Source: Styela clava
Lineage: Eukaryota
Reading direction: 5' to 3'
NCBI RefSeq assembly: GCF_964204865.1
Contig: NC_135252.1
Coordinates: 2,728,001-2,792,000, forward strand
Length of the DNA: 64,000 nt
Made by a program: the position numbers and the translations under genes. Numbering within the stretch: position 1 is the stretch's first letter; each line of letters starts with the position of its first letter. Below, in pieces: positions 52,901 through 61,093 of this stretch. The notes below the pieces were generated by a model. The model worked only from the letters and a program-made list of their open reading frames with translations. It searched no databases and had not been told where the DNA came from.

Positions 52901-55801
52901 TGGGCTGTTTTGGAGTATTATGTTTTCCATATATCTGTCCATCCGCATAGGACTGCAGATTTTTCATGTATATATCGCAATGTGCATATGTATGTTCATT
53001 GTGGAGGCAACCGCATCTGCAGCATACACATACAGTGCATGTTTATGAAATGAGTTGGCTTTGTTTGTACATCCACCCAAATGGCTGTATTTGTATATTG
53101 AATTGTATGCACATGCATATGACTTTGACAGTATATGTATGCTGTATTTGGTTGGCGGTATATATATGTATATTCTTATCAGTCTATGTATGTAAAGATC
53201 CCGTGCATGAAAATGATATTGAGGAGTGGAATGAGAGAAATCTACTAAGTTCATGAAAGCGCAAAATAGAAAAGGGTTCCATGAAGTTCCGCGGAATACA
53301 AACACAAAATACAATTATAATAAAGTAATGATGATTTATTGAATTATTATATATTGAAAACTTTTGACAAAAAATCTGTACATAAATGGAATAAGAAACG
53401 GCGGAACTTTAATTTTATGACGTATATATAAGTAATCTTATGATTATCTTATTGCTTCACGTTTGAGAACATCTAGTTTGTTGGTTTCTTCTTTAAGTTG
53501 ACGCTTGTTGTCATTTCTGTACTTGATTCTTCTGTTTTGGAACCAGATTTTTACTTGCGCGTCTGTGAGTCTGAGCTTATTGGCAAGCGCCCGTCTTTCA
53601 ATACCAACTATGTATTGCTGGCTGTTGAACTCATTTTCCAAATGCTCCAGTTGTTTTTGAGTAAACACGGTCCTTGCTCGTTTTGACTTTAATTTCTGAG
53701 GTTTAGGAGTTGATGAATAAAAACACACATTTGGCTTAATATCTTTGCCAACTGAACGTTTTGTCTCAATAGGTACATACGAAATTGACGGTAGTTTATG
53801 ATATATACATCTAATTTTGCTGCACAACTTTGCTTAATCCTGGATGGAAATAGTATGAATCATTGGTATACTTATACATATGACTGTAGCATTTTGTAGG
53901 TGGTATATATCCGTTGCTTCTTATTTTGGGTCGAGGTGATTGAGATAGAGCAGACTGACTGTGGCTCGATTCTGGTCGTGATTTATTGGGATCACTGCCA
54001 TAAATTTCACTGCCATTTTCATCCGTTCTAGTAATATTCAATTTGTCGACATCTTCAAATGACGAAAATCCCGAATCAAGTGAATCGTCTTCTCTTATTG
54101 TTGGCTGAGTATTTTGAAGTTTTCTTTTTTTGCTTGGGCTTTCGGTCGAATGTCCCAGTATTGCGTCAATTGTGAATAGGGTATGCTTCTTCTTGTTTCG
54201 GTGGTTGTTGAACTTTGCGACTGGTTTGCAGTAAATTGATGAGTGGCAGATTTTGCTCTTCTGATTTACAACGGTAACTTTCATTGAATCTGAAACATCA
54301 TCCGAGGAAAATTTTCTTTTTCTTGTTGTAATTTCTTCTAAATCTGAAACGCCTGCGTAATTGAAGCGAACAAATGGCGTCCATTGAGCATTTGAGAGAG
54401 CTTGGTAAGGATGGCGATAAGAAATCATTTCGTATAGTTCTTGATATTGTCTTGTTTTTCCAATGAATGACTTTCTATAGAATGATCGATGTTTATATAT
54501 TACATTTTGATACTGATTAAAATGACAATTATCATACGATTGATTAAACTTATCTGGAGCCGATCATTACTGAATTAGCCTCAAACCTATAAGTATCTGC
54601 TAGCACTTATCTAATATAACAAATATAACAACTGATAAGGTTTATTAACGTTTGATCATCCTAACATATTAATTGTTCCTTATCTAATGTAAATCACCAC
54701 AGCTCTAGCCTCTGAAGATATTAGGTTAATTAGGGGACAAAAATATTTGATTACAAGTTATCATAAAAGATCAAAAGATTTTTAAGAAGAGTCGTATGAC
54801 AACCAGCCGAATTCTAATCCTGCATCATCTGGAATCATATGTATTAAAAATTTCCCCCGAAAGGGGCTGTTACATTTTTTTCGTGCAATCTGTCATATAA
54901 ACACATATGAAGAGATTTACCACTGACAGGGTGCGTGCCTTCAGTATATATATTGTTTATTTTTGTGCACTTGTTTCAAAACTCCAAGACATTGAAATGG
55001 AAAGACATTTATCTTCGGCAGCTTTCATGTTTTCTTGAGTTGGCTTACATAGCATTCCATCGTGTGGTAAAAACATTGAAACTTTTAGTTTGTTACCACG
55101 CGCAACACTTTTTTAAAGTCTTCGCGAGCGTTGGCAATTCTATCTGGTATGGCTAAAATTATGTCCAGCTTACCGCCCTTTGGTACATTTCCAAGTAAAT
55201 GTTTATTTATTTCGAATACGTCTTTTGACGAGTAGCTATGTAAAAGTTCTAAAAGTTTCTTTTCCGTTATGTCCTTGTAATCGTTCTCCACTAAGCCATT
55301 TTTCTTTGAAAACTTTCGATACTCTCTGTATTCAATATTTCCACCCCTGTTCTAGTGTGTTTCCGCTGAATGGCGCCCATTTAGGCAAATTGGGAATGTT
55401 TAAAAACTTGATTTATCCTTCGCATAAAATCCAGGAATAAGCATATCAATCTCCACATTTTCCCAAAAACTTTGACAGTTGACAGTGACGTCCTTGTTTT
55501 CTTCGTAGTGATCGAGCACAGATAAAGACGTGGCTGGACATTTAAAATTTACTTTTTTGTTAAGATCTATGATTACTAATTGTGGGATGATACCCACAAA
55601 TACCACGGTGGAACAAATACAGGTGGACACAATTTAGGCTATTGAGATCCAAAAAAGCATTCGCAATTTTCTGAGAATTTAGATCAGTTTCGATTCGCGA
55701 AGAAAGGGCGTTAACAAAACTTCCAATGGGCAAATGCTGCATGAGAAAGTCTTTGTGATAAAATAGCAAGTTTCGAGTCACAGAAAATGGTATTAAAATC
55801 A
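49980..55801. repeat. Tandem segmental duplication, unit 2
   Basis: Collinear with unit 1; lacks the hAT and HINE insertions and retains ~150 bp (about 52008-52158) deleted from unit 1. Confidence 0.95.
53444..54428 (-). pseudogene. Disrupted Not duplicate
   Basis: Nearly identical to 46428-47408, but W206 TGG>TAG (53811-53813) and an adjacent 4-nt insertion split it into 205-aa and homeodomain-containing frames. Confidence 0.88.
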
Positions 55802-56193
55802 CCTTCGTATAATGATGAAGAGAATCTGACACTTATCTACTATAGCCTAACAACTGATAATGTGTAATAAGGTTTGATTATCCTAACATATTAACTGTTC
55901 CTTATCTAATATAAATAAAAGAGCTCCAGTCTTTGAGGATAATAGAGTTAATAAGCACACAAAAACATTTGATCATAAGTTACTAAGAAAGATTAAATGA
56001 TCTTTTGAGAAGAATCGTGTGACATCAAAGACATATTTATTGTGTGCGTCATCTGGAATGATATTTAGCGAAAATTACCCATGGGGAAGGGCAGACTACG
56101 AGTATGTCCCAAACATACTTTCTTTTCCATAATATAATCACGTTTATTACAAGACTATATTTGTACTTTCAACCAGGCCAAAAAAAGGCTAGA

Positions 56194-58024
56194 CAGTGGT
56201 TCTCAAACTTTTTGAGCCGCACCCCCTTCAAAAAAATTTACAGACTCTGCGCCCCCCTCCCCCTTTTTTGCTTTAAAAAAATGATTTTGTAATTGGCAGG
56301 TTGCTTTATAATAAGATGGCGCTGTGAGAGTGCTGGTATCATAGCGTCATTGCTCAGATTATTTAGACATAAAACGCATCGGAGTACAATTTGCTTGTAC
56401 TGTCGTATGTATAAAGTCATACTCAAATACTGGTCATAATACATTCTCCTTTTTCCGCTCAGTTTGCAATACCTGGTAAAGTCAACTGATGTTTTAAGTA
56501 AAACTAAACACGCAATAAACGTATTCTCTTTGCGCGTTAATTAATGTAAAATTTCAATCGTTTACTTTACTATTGAGCAATGCAAAAATTATTACAGACT
56601 TCTTGGCTTGCCTAACGTCTCTAAAATTCACTACCAATAACTTTGGACAACCACCAGGTCAAAAATATAGTCTACACAATGGAGAAGTGCAAATGAATTT
56701 GTATACATCTGCAGCATAAAAAAGCCGTTCAATTGTTATTAGTAATTATGCATGTGGACTTTTCTCTCGGCCGGCCCTTGAACGCTGAAAAATAAAGTTG
56801 CTGCTGATGTTTGCGATTTCTTTTGCCAGCGTGGTATGATATTTAAGCCGTAAAATCTTTATTTCGGTGTTTATCTGCCTAAATCAGAAATTTCCTCCAA
56901 CAAATATTTTGTGCCGCGAAGACGATGATAATTACTTTTTCTGTTTTCGCATGGAACCATGACACCTGTGAGGAAAACGAATTGGTTTTATTATTTAATC
57001 ATTCAAGGTAGAATAAAGAAGTGAATCCGCACCCAAAAATTTCTTGATGGAAAAAGCAGCAATATAAAATACCAGAACTATAACGGAAAATACCATGAGT
57101 TTTGTTTTGGAATGAACGGCAACAGATTAAAAGCACTTTCTTAGACATTGCAAATCCAATAAAGTCCTTGAGCCTGCGCCACACCTGTAGTTTTCTAAAA
57201 CTACCGACTTGAAACGAATTTTACTTTGTGGGATTTTCTCGAGGGGTGATCTTAAAATTAATCGAAATTCGCATTGCTATGGAGCGGAGTAAGAAATTCA
57301 GGGACAGCTCATATTAGTCTAATTTGCAAGAATACGAACAAAACAAAATGGAATGGGGCATATACACATTTTTATGTCCGCGGATAGCCATGGTATCTGT
57401 AATAGTAGTACTTTTATTTTATCGACGTAATCGCAGATTTAGTTTATCATAATTAAATAAATAAAGCAATCTTTTTGAATATGTATATCGATCATGGATT
57501 GCATATTTTATTCAACAGAAAAACCATTGAATATCCGTTGAAAAAGTCGGCTCTTGTTCAAAGAGTGGCGTAATCTTGACGACTGACTCTTTCCGGCGAT
57601 GAATATGTATTTTTGATTTTGTAATATACCCTATATTTATTTTCACAGTACTAAATTAAATATTCTTTCTAGGATTTTATATCAGATCTTTCTAGCGACG
57701 ATAACGAAGCGCGATATATATATATCAAAATCACGTATAATCGGCCAGTTGATCTCACATTATTATGTCCGCGGATTGGCCTGGTATTTTAGATCGGTAA
57801 TGAGTTTATTTTGCCATACGTCTCCGAGACTGCGACTTACCATAAACACAAATGAAGTATAATAGAGAGACATTTTGAATTCTTGTAGTTGTCATAGATA
57901 GAATGAATATTACGGGACAGAAAATTCTATTATCCCGTTTCAGGAGAAGCGTGAAATTTTCGATTTTAACTTGTGATGTGACCTCTCGCCCAGAGGGGCG
58001 CGCTCATCAGTTTAAGAACCACTG
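56194..58024. mobile_element. Charlie-type non-autonomous hAT element, 1.8 kb
   Basis: TIR cagtggttctcaaact ... agtttaagaaccactg; ggctaga on both flanks. Confidence 0.75.
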
Positions 58025-59048
58025 GGCTAGAATATAATTTCTTAAAAGGAAAAAGTTTGGGAAAAGCTTTTAGCATAAAAGGGAGACACGTTGGGGTTCC
58101 AGTCCATAACTGAGTACAAGCGTCTAATTTTCCAGTCGCTTGTTTGTTACCAAATCTACGTTTCAACGTTTCATTTAGGCATGACCAAATTAAATAAATT
58201 TTATATGAAACCTCAATATATATTCACAAGTTAAAATACCCGTGGTGCAAATTGTTATGAAATCGAATATCCGTTGGTGCAAATGTCCATGGGCACAAAT
58301 GTCTGTAAGTTGGTCACGTATACTTTGAGCGTGGTGGTTGCTTATTATTCGTGAGGATAAATGTTTTGTGTGTTACGTTTATGGTCCGACTGTAGGAATA
58401 ATTAATAGCTCGTTCCCACAGGCTTATGTTATTGCATCATTTAATTTTTTTAAGTTAGCAAGAAATATAAATTTGATTGATTGTCTAAAACTTAGTATAT
58501 ATACGTGACTCAGTTTGGACATTCAGTTTGGATTTTATTTTTGAGGTTTCAGGCTGCACTTTTCGCCCACTGTTCCTTAAATCAGTAATAAACTAACAGA
58601 AGTCTATGTAAAAGTCAGCAGTTGGGTGTGATCTCTGGTGTGCACATCATCAAACATTCAAATTCCTGATACAATTGGGTTTACGGACACTGAATCGGAA
58701 TTGGTCAAAATGCGCCGCTTAGGTACTTTAGTTCAAATTTATTATTCATACAAACCTCAGCATTTGGAGCGTTTCAAACGCAAACATGAATCTTGCGCCG
58801 AGATTTTCTGCTTTCACGTGCAACATTGTCAGGTTAATAACTGTTATCCCACAACCACCGAAAGCCGATGGTCGCAAAATTGGAACTTTTTCAGCACCCA
58901 CTTACAGAATGGGATTACTTATTCAAAAACCAATAGCAATAGCAGAAGTTAGTTCAATGGTAGAAATTTGCTGCACTGGTTGAAGTGATGCAAAATACCA
59001 TCACAAATCTCACCTTTAATTATTCTTCGATATGTTTTATGGGTTAAA

Positions 59049-60754
59049 GAGTTTTCGTCGAAATATTTCAAATTATTCAATTAGGTAACACGATAAATAT
59101 ATATAACTGCTGCATAACACTACACCAATAAAATTTGCACAGAAATATGAATGAGCTACTCATTAAATATTTGTATCCATCAAAATTGATTGTTAGCTTC
59201 ATAAAAATTCAGAAAATTCTTTCACTTTTCCGGTTCCGATTCGTCGCGAAAGCGCATTGTTAAATCTCCCAAGTGTCAGAAACCTAAAATCGACACGGGT
59301 GTTTTTTTGTTCTTCGTACTTTTTATGTTCAATGAATATTAATATTTTTCTGTTCATACCTGAAGCCGTAAGAAAACAGTCAATAACAGTATAATTTTCC
59401 AAGGCTTACTTTGGCATCCAGTGAGATATGAACTTGATGTGTGCCTGCAGGAGATCACGAGACACGCAACAAAAGCACGGGGTGCAGACACCTTTTCATT
59501 TATACACAGCGGAATTTTGTGCCTGGTTCCAAGGCGCCGGTGTTTTTAGTTAGTTCCTAAGTTCTCTCCAATGACGCCATAAAACCCTTGAACTTGCTGG
59601 ACACTTTCACTCAAAGCACAGCATTCATAGCAACCAAGTTGAATTTTCAAAACATCGACTAGACTCACTGCGGAGATATGTGTTGCAAAAACTTCTCTGA
59701 TGCCCCGTTTGCTTTTTATATTGAAAACAAAACAGAATCAAAATTCTCGCTAGTGTTAATTGTGGCTGTATAGGATTTGGCATGGACCTGATTTCTTCAT
59801 GTAAAATTTTTTCTGTATGCCTTTTAATCATAGACGCACAGTGAGTGTCCGGCATTGCATTTACTGTGCATATATTATTTTATGTTCAACTCATTAAATA
59901 TTTTGTTGGTCCGCAAGGGCATTTTATTCAACAAAAGGTTGGGAATAACTGTTCTACAGACAATTGATTTGAAAGGGCTTTTTGAAAAATTACGGTATGC
60001 TTTCCAGAAGGCAATCCTGTACATTAACCCTTCTACAGGTCAAACTTAACTCGTTGTTTGACAGTATGAAACAAATCATGATACAGTACAAATTTTTAGC
60101 ATAAGTAGATATCAGTTGTATAACATAGAAACATTCTCTGTATCAAATATTAACATGTCAGAGTATTCGTATGTCAAAGGATTGCCACTATTGCTTCACG
60201 TGACTCACGTAATTTCCATTGAAAATAAATGAAATGAAAACTATAATTTATTGTGCAATAAAATTTCAGATTAACTGCTACCAAACTCAATTTTTCATGG
60301 AAGATATTACTAATGAATTGAAGCGGAAATTAATATGAATCGCCAGTTTTATTCATATTAAGATATATTAGTGAATCTAATTGAAAACCCCAATATGGCG
60401 TTGCAAAATTTCTGAGCAAATTGGGGAATTTTTTTTTATATAAACTATATTTCTATAACAGACAGATGTTTTAACAGAAAACTAAGTCATATCATCCAGT
60501 TGTTTGGTCACAGTTAAATCACGAATGAGTTGTTTCAAACTCTAGTAAGTTTTATGAATAGACCAGGTGTTACCAATATATTATTGGCACGAGTTTTCGT
60601 CGAAATATTTCAAATTATTCAATTAGGTAAGACAATAAATACATCTGCTGCATATTAAAACATTGATAAAATTTGCACAGAAAAAGGAATAAGCTACTAA
60701 TTAAATCTTTGTATCCATTAAAAATGTTTGTTAGATTCATAAAAATTCTGAAAA
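59049..60754. repeat. Two ~165-bp diverged direct repeats (about 59049-59216 and 60590-60754)
   Basis: Both begin gagttttcgtcgaaatatttcaaattattcaattaggtaa and share aaaatttgcacagaaa and ttcataaaaattc. Confidence 0.75.
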
Positions 60755-61015
60755 CGTTTAGATTGCATTAGATTTGTTATGCCAATCAGAATAACTTATG
60801 TACGTTTGTTTAAATTATTTTTTGTTTATAAATTTTTTCTATTAGAATAATATAAATCGAATATCTTATCCCAGCTACAGCTGGATCCAATTCATGGTAA
60901 GTAGTAATAGGTATTCATTTATCCGGATGTCACCAGAAAAATGTTTCATGGAATAATAAAAACATCTGTAATCATCATCAACGAAACATCTGCTTACAGA
61001 CAGGAAAGAGAAATG

Positions 61016-61052
61016 TATAAAATGCGACGGGTGTGGACAGCCTACACAGTCG
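61016..61052 (+). promoter_or_regulatory. Core promoter of the repeat-peptide gene (TATA plus Inr-like)
   Basis: TATAAAA at 61016-61022, with CAGT about 30 nt downstream and the ATG at 61094. Confidence 0.55.
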
Positions 61053-61093
61053 ATTTCCATCTACCAAACAAGACAACTTCAAACTGAAGAAAA

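Noticed and set aside
58600-59860. Short ORFs upstream of the peptide gene as candidate modifying enzymes
   Set aside because: No recognisable enzyme motif or consistent exon chain on either strand.
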